Below, one piece after another: positions 36,921 to 48,288 of a stretch of 64,000 bases of DNA. The stretch is taken from NCBI GenBank assembly GCA_030390025.1, contig CM059432.1, positions 33,730,001 to 33,794,000 on the forward strand, read 5' to 3'. This DNA is from Squalus acanthias. Taxonomy: Eukaryota. The translations under genes were made by a program, and so were the position numbers. The notes under the pieces were generated by a model. That model was not told the origin of the DNA and made no database searches. It saw only the letters and a list, made by a program, of their open reading frames with translations. Numbering within the stretch: position 1 is the first letter of the stretch; the number at the start of each line of letters is the position of its first letter.

Positions 36921-38528
36921 GGAGAAGTGTGAAGTGATGCACTTTGGGAAGAGTAACATGGAAAGACAGTATACTATAAATGGCACGATTTTGAAAAGTG
37001 TAGATAAGCATATACACAATTTGGGCTGGATTTTCTCAATGGAGACGAGTTGGAAGCGGGACTGCTGCTTGTCGGGTCAATGTCCCGCCTCCATCATCTT
37101 CTGGCCAACCAGCGTGATTTTCCCCTGATTGACCTTGTTAAGCCCGCCCTGCGGGCTCAGCAGGCCAATTAGGGGGGAAGTCACTGACAGAGCACATCAA
37201 CGTCTGACGTGCTATCTGTCAAGACTTCTTGAAAGAACAAATGTCAGTGTTTGACAGCTCTGTGAAGCTGTCAAACACTGGCATTCTCTATAGTTTGATG
37301 AGTACTTGTGTTCAGGACTCATCAAACCTTTCAACTTTGTAGATTTCAGATGGCTGTTGGGTCAGAGGATCCAACAGCCAGTCTGTGAAATCGACAAGGA
37401 AGATGTCGGGTCTCCCGATCCAGGGTGGATGAAGGCTGTAGGCAGAAAACAAGGTAAGTGAACATTTTTTAACACTTAGCGCTCACCTTCCATACTTATC
37501 ACTCCACACTTGCACCCATCACTCATCGCTACATCTTACTTTCAGTTGCCTCTGACCCCCACAGAGCTCCTTCACATCTCCTCCAACCCGGCAGGGATCT
37601 CCAAGGTCGGGAAGCCTTCACCTGAGAGGGTAAAATGGCACTAATCCTTTATTCTGCTTGTTAACTACCTGTTAACAGGCAGTTAAAAGGATTTAATCCC
37701 TTTCCCGCCTCCAGGAGACGGGACCCGAAGCAGCACATCTTCCCGCCTCCTGGCACAAGGGCACGGAGGCAGGATGGGGTCGGGTCAGCCCCCACTTTCT
37801 GCTACTTTACCGGCAGTCCCACCTCCATGCCCGTCTCCTTGGGGGTGAGAAAACCCAGCCCTCTGTGTCCGTATACACAAATTTTTAAAGGAGGCAGGGC
37901 AAGTTGACAAGGTGGTTAAAAAAGCATATGGGTTACTTGAGTTTATAAATATAAGATTAGAATATAAAAATGAAGAGATCATGCTAGAACTTTATAAATC
38001 ACTGGTTAGGCCTCAGCTGGAGTATTGCGGACAATTCTGGGCATCACATTTCAGGAAAGATGTAAAGGCCTTAGAAAGGGAGCAGAGGAGATTTACCAGA
38101 ATGTTACCAGGGATGAGGGACTTCAGTTATGAGGAGAGGCTGGAAAAGTTAGGACTGTTCTCCTTAGAACAGAGAAGGTTAAGAGGTGGCCTAATAGAGG
38201 TTTTCAAGCTGATGAGAGGTTTTGATAGAGTAGACAGAGAAAAATTATTCCCCCTGGCAAGTAGGTGAATAACTAGAGGTCATGGATTCAAAATCGTTGG
38301 CCAAAGAACTAGAGAGTTGTCAGGATCTGGAACGCCCTACCTGAAAAGTTGGTGGAAGCTGATTCCATAAATAATTTTAAAAGGGAGTTGGACAGGTGCT
38401 TGAGGAGGAGGAGGAACTTACAGGGTTACGGACAAAAAGCAGGGATGTGGGACGAAGTCAAAGAGCTAGCACAGACACGACGAGCTGAATGGCCTCCTTC
38501 TGTGCTGTAAGTTTCTACGATTCTATGA
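36921..38528 (+). mobile_element. CR1 3' portion interrupted by a DNA transposon
   Basis: EKCEVMHFGK (36921-37010) resumes at 37870 into ORF 37912-38268; TTCTATGA tail. Confidence 0.85.
37023..37861. mobile_element. Non-autonomous Harbinger-type element with internal hairpin array
   Basis: TIRs GGGCTGGATTTTCTCA / TGAGAAAACCCAGCCC; inserted into a CR1. Confidence 0.8.
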
Positions 38529-39634
38529 TAACAATCAATCCCTATAAATTAGTCTACAACAGACCCAGACATGAGGCGAGGAAAATCCCACATCTAAATC
38601 CATGAAATTTAGGACCCCTGTGGATCCTTTGGTTTGTGGAGGGTCCTGTTGGAAGTCACACTATCAGGTTTGTTTGTGTTCCCAATGGGCAAAGTCAGAG
38701 GAAAATAAGGTAGGAGTGGGGATGAACGCCCCTCCTACCTCTTTCACGTCTTTACACAGGGTCTGTGCCTGCTGCAGGCACAGGCCCTGTAATGCTGAGT
38801 CGGGGAAGCCTCTGGAATCTTAGGGCAGTGCAGAGGGAGGGGGAGGATGGGGAGGCCTGAAACAAATGGTCGCTGCCTCCATTTCCTTTTCACGGTGTGT
38901 GGGAACTGAGCCTCAGGAAGAGAAAAGTCTGCCCTCTGGTGTTCACCCCTTCCTCTAGGGTAAGGCCTGTCCTCTGCTAATTGACTCCTCAGGTGGTCCA
39001 GTTGAGATTTGGAGCAGAGCGAGCTGGAGATGATGAGTCCCACATTCTCCGATTGCAGTGTGTTAATATACCAGTGTGGTGTGGTGTGGTGTGCTGCCAG
39101 GCTGTCCGCAGAGCAAGCTGAAACAAAACTTAATGAATTCCAGAGCTGGCAAGCAGCCAAACCCAGAGCTTGTGTAACATTACAAAACCTCTGGAGATCG
39201 AGATCATTATCTTGAAACTTCTGGCATAATTTAGACCTGATTGTAGTATTCATGAGGTGCTTAACGATGCATTTTCAGATGTAAGCATAGGGATGTGTAA
39301 AATGTAGAGGCAAACAGTCCACGCAATGAACAGGAGAGTTGGGCCTAGTTAAAAATCAGAAGTCCCATTCACCTGGTAGTTGATAGCAGCAACTCTCACT
39401 GAGGAATTGAACTGTACAGATGTGTGTGATCATTGTGGTTCATCTGACTTCTCCCAATTGCTCTAATTCATGCAACAAAGGTGGTTTCACCGAGGCCAGG
39501 CCCACACTACTCCACAAGGGTACTAGACCTAGAACCGGAAAAGATTCTGCAGTCCATTTGTCCCAAAAACGAATATCTCTCAATAGCTCACTCCCTTAAA
39601 TATCCAATTCTCCAAGCACCATAAAAATGATGCT

Positions 39635-39912
39635 AATTACATAGAATTACATAGAATATGCAGCACAGAAACAGGCCATTTGGCCCAACTAGCCTGTGCT
39701 GGTGTTTATACTCCACACAAGTCTCCTCCCATTCCATCTAACTCATCTCAGCCTTTCAACATATCTTTCTATTCCCTTTTCTTTCATGTACTCATCTAGT
39801 TTCCTTTTGAAAGCATCTAAGCTATTTGCCTCAATCACTTGCGAGTTCCACATTCTAACCATTCTCTGAGTAAATAAATTTCTCCTTATTTCCTTATTGG
39901 ATTTATTAGTAA
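39635..39912 (-). mobile_element. CR1 3' fragment
   Basis: RNLFTQRMVRMWNS..FKRKLDEYMKEKGI; ACATAGAATT tail. Confidence 0.75.
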
Positions 39913-39914
39913 CC

Positions 39915-40760
39915 GGCCTAGAAATAAGACCCGAAAACGGGCGGTGGCACCGCGGGGCGAGATTTTCTCGCGCCTGTTTAGAAAGCGCAGGCAGCACGTT
40001 ATTTTGGTGCTGCCTGCTGGTATGAATGATTTTAGTGCACAGCCCAGCGATGAACGCGCTGCTTCAGGCTGTGCGCTCAGCAGGAGGCCCAATGTCGCGT
40101 CTCTGTAGCGTTGCTGGAGCGAGGCTGCATTCTCTTATAGCAAGGCTGTCATTTTTGAAAACAGTCTCAAGCCCTTAAAGGTGAACTGCCATCTGAAAAA
40201 ATAATTAACAATCATTCAAAAATAGGTAGTCTCTAGCCCTTAAAGCTGAACTGCCTTCTGAAAAAAAAATTAAAATCATTTCAAACGAGGCAGTCTTCAG
40301 CTCTTAAAGCTGAACTGGAAGAGAGGTCCTCTACCCACAGGGGGCCAGCAGGCCCTCCAGAAAGAAGGATGTGGGACCAGATCGCTGAGGCGGCCACTGC
40401 CAGCAGTGTCGCCCTCAGGACCTGGCTCGAGTGCCCAAAGAAGTTTCATGGCCTTAGTCGAGTGGTCAAGGTCAGTGAATGCATCCTCAAAAGCCATCTC
40501 CCACCAACTGCACCAGTAGCCTCACATACTGCTCAATGCACGACCCACCCTATCACTCACCTAACAACATTCTCTGCCAAACACGAGGCACACCTCACAT
40601 TCTAACTTCACCTCACCCCCTTGGAGGAGACGGTGCTGGCCATTCTTGGCAGGGGCATGGCTGAGCCCTTGGCCAGTGGCAGGGCTAAAAGAATACAAGA
40701 TGCCGGTATCCTCTTAAGTTATCCTCCTTGTCACATCCCACTTCCCCTTTATCCCACAAT
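39915..40760 (+). mobile_element. Truncated Harbinger element with Myb/SANT remnant
   Basis: CpG-rich terminus; MWDQIAEAATASSVALRTWLECPKKFHGLSRVVK followed by donor AAG|GTCAGT; exon 2 remnant LEETVLAILGR. Confidence 0.65.
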
Positions 40761-40789
40761 CTCTTCTGATTTACAAGCTGCACATGGTG

Positions 40790-43700
40790 TAAGAATGCAG
40801 GGTACTTGACTTTTAGAAGACATAGGGAGAATGGAAAAGGAGGGAGTGGGTAGCCCTGATAATAAAGGATGGGATAAATACAGTAGATAGAAAGAAAGCT
40901 TGGAACACCAGATCTCAAATCACTTTGGGTGGAGCTAAGAAACAACAAGGGGCAGAAAACACTGCTGTGAGTAGTTTATAGGCCCCCTAACAGTGGTTGT
41001 AGTGTCGGGCACAGTATAAATCAGGAAATTAGAGGTGCATGTAACAAGCATAATACAGTAATCATGGGGGACTTCAATTTTCATATAGACTGGGCAAACC
41101 AAATTTGCAGCAATAGTGCAGAGGACGAGTTAATGGAATGCATTCAAGATAGTTTTCTAGATCAGTATGTCAAGGAACCAACTAGGGAACAGGCTATTTT
41201 AGATTTAGTATTGTGCAATGTGACTGGGTTAATTAATAACCTTGTAATAAAGGACCATCTGGGGAGCAGTGATCATATGATAGAATTTTATATTGAGTTT
41301 GAGAGTGATTTAGTTAAGCCTGAAACTAGGGTCTTAAATCTGAACAAAGCAAACTTCATAGGTATGTGAGGCGAATTGGCTAAGGTAGGTTGGGAAACTA
41401 GATTAAAAGATATGATGGTAGATAAGCAATGACAAACATGTAAAGAAATAATTCATAATTCACAGTCCCTTAAGGAATAAAAACCCCATGGGAAAAGTGG
41501 TCCACCCGTGGCTAACAACATAGAACATAAGACATAAGAACATAAGATGTAGGAGCAGGAGTAGGTCATTTGGCCCCTCGAGCCTGCTCTGCCATTCAAT
41601 AAGATCATGGCTGATCTGATCTTGGCCTCAATTCTACTTCCCTGCCCGCTCCCCATAACCCTTGACTCTCTTACCATTCAAAAATCTGTCTATCTCCACC
41701 TTAAATATATCAAATAACCCAGCCTCCACAGCTCTCTGGGGAAGAGAATTCCAAAGATTCACGACCCTCTGAGAGAAAAAATTCCTCCTCATTTCCGTTT
41801 TAAATGGGTGTCCCCTTATTCTGAAATTATGCCACCTAGTTCTAGATTCCCCCACAAGGGGAAACATCCTCTCTGCATCTACCCTGTCAAGCCCCTTCAG
41901 AATCTTATATGTTTCAATAAGATCCCCTCTCATTCTTCCAAACTCCAATGAGTATAGGCCCAACCTGCTCAACCTTTCTTCATAAGACAACCCTTTCATC
42001 TCCGGAATCAACCTCATGAACCTTCTCTGAACTGCGTCCAATGCAAATATATCCTTCCTTAAATAAGGAGACCAAAACTATATGCAGTACTCCAGGTGTG
42101 GTCTCACCAACGCCCTGTACAGTTGTAACAGGACTTCCCTACTTTTATACTCCATTCCCTTTGCAATAAAGGCCAACACTCCATTTGCCTTCCTAATTAC
42201 TTGCTGTACCTGCATGCTAACTTTTTGTGATTCATGTACAAGGACCCCCAGATCCTTCTGTACCTCAGCATTTTTTAATCTCTCCACATTTAAGTAATAA
42301 TTTGCTTTTTTATTTTTCCTACCAAAGTGGATAACCTCACATTTTCCCACATTATACTCCATCTGCCAGATTCCTGCCACTCACTTAGCCTATCTATATC
42401 CCTTTGGAGATTCTTTGCATTCTCCACACAATTTACTCTCCCACCTATCTTTGTATCATCAGCAAATTTGGCTACATTACACTCGGTCCCTTCATCCAAG
42501 TCATTAATATAGATTGTAAATAGTTGAGGCCCCAGCACTGATCCCTGCGGCACCCCACTAGTTACACTTTGCCAACCTGAAAATGACCCATTTATCCCGA
42601 CTCTCTGTTTTCTGTTAGTTAGCCAATCCTCTATCCATGCTGATATATTACCCCCAACCCCGTGAGCTCTTATCTTGTGTAGTAACCTTTTATGTGACAC
42701 CTTATCGAATGCCTTCTGGAAATCCAAATGCACGACATCTACTGGTTCCCCTTTATCCACCCTGCTCGTTACATCCTCAAAGAATGCCAGCAAATTTGTC
42801 AAACATGATTTCCCTTTCATAAAACCATAAATCTGCTTGACTATATTATGATTTTCTAAATGTCCTGCGACCACTTCCTTAATGATGAACTCCAGCATTT
42901 TCCCAATGACAGATGTTCGGCTAACTGGTCGATAGTTGCCTGGTTTCTGTCTCCTTCCTTTCTTAAATAGGGGCGTTACATTTGCGGTTTTCCAGTCCGC
43001 TGGGACCTCTCCAGAATCCAGGGAATTTTGGTAGATTACAACCAACGCATCCACTATCTCTGCAGCCACCTCTTTTAAGACTCTAGGATGCAGGCCATCG
43101 GGCCCAGGGGACTTGTCCACCTTTAGTCCCATTAGTTTGCCTAGTACTTTCTCTCTAGCGATAGTGATTGTTTTAAGTTCCCCCCCACCCCAATAGCCCC
43201 TTGATTATCCATTATTGGGATTCTTTTAGTGTCTTCTACCGTGAAGACCGATACAAAATATTTGTTCAAAGTCTCCGCCATTTCCCTGTTTCCTATTATT
43301 AATTTCCCAGACTCTTCCTCTAGGGGACCGACATTTACTTTAGCTACTCTCTTCCTTTTTAATAACCTGTCGAAGCTCTTACTGTCTGTTTTTATATTTC
43401 TTGTTAGCTTACTCTCATAAGCTATCTTCTTCTCTATCATTTTTTTATTCGTCCTTTGCTGGTTTTTAAAAATTTCCCAATCCTCTGGCCTTCCACTATT
43501 CTTTGCAGCATTGTATGCTTTTGTTTTCAATTTGATACCATCATTTCCTTCCTTAGTTAGCCACAGATGGTTCATCCTTCTCTTAGAGTCTTTCTTTCTC
43601 TCTGGAATATATCTTTGCTGAGAGTTATGAACAAGAGAATTTAAAGCTAGTATTAGGTTAAAGGAAGACGCTTATAATATTGCCAAAAATAATAGTAAGC

Positions 43701-43985
43701 CTGAGGATTGGGAGGATTTTACAATTCAGCAAAGGAGGACCAAGAAATTGATAAAGAGAGAGAAAATAGAATATGAGAGTAAACTAGCAAGAGACATAAA
43801 ATAGATTGTAAAAGCTTCTATAGGTATGTAAAAAGGAAGAAATTAGCAAAAGTAAATGTGGGTCTCTTACAGGCTGAGACAGGAGAAATTATGATGGAGA
43901 ATAAGGAAATGGCGGAGACATTAAACAAATACTTTGTATCTGTCTTCACGGAAGAAAACACAAAAGACATTCCAGAGAACTTGAG
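40790..43985. mobile_element. CR1 (+; 40790-41517 and 43630-43985) interrupted by a minus-strand CR1 (~41518-43629)
   Basis: Endonuclease GDFN/SDH (41064-41369); minus ORFs 41634-43575 are ORF2 with FADD; AACAA on both sides of the junction (uninterrupted site CCGTGGCTAACAAGAG at 62093). Confidence 0.9.
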
Positions 43986-44148
43986 CACAGAGCTTGGAGA
44001 CAGAGCTTCGAGACAGAGCTGGCAGAATGCAAACAGAAGGGATTGCAAGCAGAGTGGAAGAATTTGGTGAGTGCAGGAATTCAGTGGAGAGGAGGAAGGT
44101 GGGTGAGATGTCTAACTGAAAAGGAGGAGTGGAGCCACAGAACCCAAG

Positions 44149-45820
44149 GGAGGGAAAATTCAGTACCTTAGCGCCTCCCATTAGCACCAGCAGCTGACGC
44201 TAATGGGGCAGTAATGCAGTAGCGCTATGGCAAGGCGAATACAGTGATGCTCGGCAAATCCGGACCCCCCATTGTGCCACTAGGACGAGGTACCACCGGG
44301 AACTTCAACGCCAGGCAGATCGTGACGTCAGTGAGCGTGCAATGCTCACTGGACGCCCGATCTGTGAAATTGATTGTCGCCACCAACTTAGTGCCTCGAT
44401 AGGGAGAACTGGTGTGAAGCAGGCGGAAGCCGGCTCCAGGGATGTTATTTAAAGGAATCATAAGTAATGAGTCGCAGCTGTCAGGTTAGTGCTGTTTTAT
44501 TGCTTTCTTGTCAGTTTGACATTGTGCAACAGTTTAATTCAGTAATTTAAAGGTTATTTTGTATCAGGAGTGTTGTGGTAACTAAAAAGTAGTTACATTA
44601 TTCTTAAAAAAAATCAAACCGCTACACTTGGTTACATTAATGGGGGCTGTACTGGCAGTTGACCTGGCCCTCCAGGATCTATGGCGGAGGGAGCGGAGGC
44701 AGCGAGAAAGATTGGAACATGTGGCCAGAGGAAGGAGGAGGACCATCAGGGCTCTCAACAGGAGGCCTTACCCTCCAAGGGTATTCCGACAGCACTTCTC
44801 CTACCTCCAATTAAGCGAGGAGCAGTGTATTAGAAGGCTCTGCTTCACCAAGGAGGTGGTCACAGAACTCTGCCATCTCCTGCAACCAGACCTCGAGCCT
44901 CAGATCAGGGCGACCACGGCTCTCCCAGTGGCAGTCAAGGTCACCGTCGCCCTCAGTTTTTTCGCCAGCAGATCCTTCTAGTCTGTAACAGAAGACATAG
45001 CTAACATCTCGCAGTTCGCCGTCCATCACAGCATCTGGGAGGTCACAGAGGCTCTCTATAGTAGGAGAAGGGACTACATTTCCTTCCCCATCACCAGAGA
45101 GAAGCTGGATGAGCGTGCATGTGGCTTTGCCAGGATAGTGGGATTCCCCAAGGTGCAGGGCGTCATTGACTGCATCCACGTGGCTTTGAGGGCAGCGCAT
45201 AACAATCCCGACATCTTCCGTAATCGCAAAGGCTACCACTCACTTAATGTACAGTTGGTGTGCGACCACAGACAGCGAATCCTCAATGTGAAAGCCCGCT
45301 ATCCTGGCAGCAGCCAAAATGCCTTCATCCTGTGCCAGCTTGAGGAGGACGAAGAACAGGAGCGAGAGAGGAGGCAGCCACTCAATCGGCCTTCCAGAAG
45401 GGTGGTCCGTGACCACCTCATCAGATTGCGGTTCCAATAAATTAAACCCCAGATCCTCATTGCTCACCACATCCCCATCATTCCATCCCTGTCACAGGCC
45501 ATATCACAGCACAAAGCTGAAATGAGACACACCACAAAAGAATCCAAACTGAATTAATAAATTTATCAATAATCAGTGAACACATATTTACAACAAAAAT
45601 ATTAACTATGCACCCTTGTGCAATCCCTTTGTGCATCTCGTTACTGTGCCTTTGTTTACTCTAGTGCTCCTACGAAGTGTTGGCCCAGTGGCGGCATCAG
45701 GTCTGGGTCACCATGGTCTCGCTGGGAGTCTACCATCCTTTGCAGACTGGAAATGATGGGCTCCATGGTGTGCGCAGAGCCTTGTGCAATGTTGGAGGCG
45801 GACTCCTCCACGCTCCTTAT
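44149..45820 (+). mobile_element. Internally deleted Harbinger with transposase pseudogene (44640-45440)
   Basis: Left TIR-like GGAGGGAAAATTC; RRPYPPRVFR..KEVVTELCHLLQPDL and GVIDCIHVAL..YPGSSQNAFIL paralogous to 5187-6350; GDKGY and the E motif are deleted. Confidence 0.85.
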
Positions 45821-47496
45821 CATACTAGAAAGGCTGGGTATGCTTAGAGTGGACTAGTCGCCTGGTCCAGATGGTTTGCATCCCAGGTTGCTAAGGTAAT
45901 TGGGGGAGGAGATAGCGGAAGGGCTTGCCATAATTTTCCAATCTTCCCTAGATGCGGGGGAGGTGCCCGAGGATTGGAAAGTGGCAAATGTGACACCATT
46001 GTTCAAGAAAGGATGTAAGGACAATCCTAGTAACTACAGCCTGGTCAGTTTAACATCAGTGGTGGCTAAAGTTTTAGAAACAATAATCAAGGAAAAAATT
46101 AAAGGGCACTTGGAAAGCGTTAAGCTAATTAAGGAGAGCCAACACGGATTTGTAAAAGGCAGATCGTGTTTGACTAAAGTAACAGAGAGAATTGATGAAG
46201 GGAAGGATGATCAGCCATGATCACATTGAATGGCGGAGCAGGCTAGAGGGGCCGAATGGCCTACTCCTGCTCCTATCTTCTATGATTCTATGATTCTATG
46301 AATGCAATGGATGTTGTCTACATGGATTTTCGGAAGGCGTTTGACAAAGTACCACATAGAAGGCTGGTTAACAAAATTGAGGCTCATGGAATAGGTGGGT
46401 CAGTGGCAGCTTGGATAAGGAATTGGCTTAAGGACAGAAAACAGCACGTTGTGGCAAATAGCTGTTTTTCAGACTGGAGGATGGTAGATAGTGGTGTTCC
46501 CCAAGGGTTAGTGCTGGGGCCACTGCTTTTTTTGATATATATAAATGACCTGGATATTGGAATAGAGAGTAGAATTTCTAAATTTGCCAATGACACCAAA
46601 CTTTGGAGTGTGGAAAACAGTGATGATGATACTAATCGACTGCAACAGGACATAGAAAGGCTAGCAGAATGGGCAGACAAGTGGCAGATGGAATTTAATA
46701 CAGAGACGTGTGAGCTGATACATTTTGGCAGAAGGAACAGGGAGAGGCTATATACACTTAATGGCACAGTTTTAAAGAGTGTGCAGAGACAGAGGGACTT
46801 GGGAGTTAATGTGCATAGGTCCCTGAAGGTGGCAGGATATATTGAGAGAGTGGTTAACAAAGCATATGGGATCTTGGGCTTCATAATTAGAGGTATTGAG
46901 TACAAAAGTAGAGAAGTTATGCTGAACCTTTATAAAGCGCTGGTTAGGCCACAACTGGAGTATTGCGTCCAGTTCTGGTCACCACACTTTAGGAAAGTTG
47001 TGAAGGCCCTGGAGAGGGTGCACAGGAGATTTACCAGAATGATTCTGGGGATGGGGGATCTTAGCTACAAGGAAAGTTTGGAGAAGCTGGATTTGTTTTA
47101 ATTAGCGCAAAGGAGGCTGAGGGGTGATTTGATAGAGGTGTACAAGATTATGACGGGTTTGGATAGGCTAGACGGGGAAAGGCTGTTCCCACTAGTTGAT
47201 GGTACAAGGACTAGGGGACACAGATTCAAGGTTTTGGGCAAGAGATACAGGGGGGATGTGAGGAAAAACTTTTTTACACAGCGAGTGGTGATGACCTGGA
47301 ATTCGCTGCCGACGGAAGTGGTGGAAGCGGACACACTCAATGTTTTCAAGGGGAGACTGGATAGGCACTTGAGGGAAATAAACTTGCAGGGCTATGGGGA
47401 TAGAGCGGGGGAATGGGACTGACTGGATTGCTCTAGAGAGAGCTGGCACGTACTTGATGGGCCGAATGGCCTCCTTCTGTGCCGTTATGACTCTAT
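45821..47496 (+). mobile_element. CR1 ORF2 3' part, with a short CR1 tail inserted at ~46200-46300
   Basis: ORFs 45900-46220, 46298-47101 and 47129-47422; ends in TATGACTCTAT tail. Confidence 0.9.
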
Positions 47497-47909
47497 GGGC
47501 TCAATTTTGCCAGGCCCGAGGAGGCAGGAATGGAGGCGTGTGGGGTGTTAAAATTGCAAAAAATGGCGGGCAGGCCCAACCCCGCCTCCATCCCGCCTCC
47601 GAGCAATTTTCCCAAATGCGTGGTTTCTAATCCCGTCTCCGTCCCGCCTCCAAGAGGCAGGATAGGCCCTTAAGGCCCTTAACAACCACTTAATTGCCTC
47701 TATAATCCCATTTTGAGAGGCCTTTCTGATTTTAACTCTTTTCTGACGTGATGCACGCCTCCTCTGAAACACAACGGTGAAACCTGGCGGCAGCACACTT
47801 GGATTGCTGACTATCAGCTGCAGGTCCACCATTAAGAAGGAGATTTGATCAATCATCATTCTGGGGGAACTTTTAGCAGTCATAGCCATTGTTGTGGAAC
47901 TTTGGAGCC

Positions 47910-47957
<48 letters not shown>

Positions 47958-48277
47958 GGTGGTGGTGGTGGTGGTGGTACAGGTACAAAAATAATCTGGG
48001 AGCAGACTTAGGTCTCCTGCTGCTCATTTTGCCTCCAGGTCCCTCTCACAGCAAAGCCCAAAAGCTTCCCAGTCTTTGCAGACCTGCAATGATGACATCA
48101 TCAGAGGCGACTTTCAGACTGAATAAACTAATTGGGTCATGGGTTCCCACATGCTGGATCTCAATTGCCCAATTAGGGGAAAATCAAATAATTCTCCCAC
48201 ATCCAATTGGAGTCGGGTGGCTAACATGAAAAGCGGATGACACGACCCCAGCCCGCCCCAATGACAAAATCGAGCCC
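47497..48277. mobile_element. Non-autonomous Harbinger element A (781 bp)
   Basis: TIRs GGGCTCAATTTTGCCA / TGACAAAATCGAGCCC; TSD TAT (47494-47496, 48278-48280). Confidence 0.9.
47910..47978. repeat. Compound (TAG)n(TGG)n microsatellite
   Basis: Directly visible in the sequence. Confidence 0.95.
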
Positions 48278-48288
48278 TATGACTCTAT

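Noticed and set aside
47548..48027. Poly-His/poly-Tyr ORF
   Set aside because: Translation of a microsatellite inside a MITE
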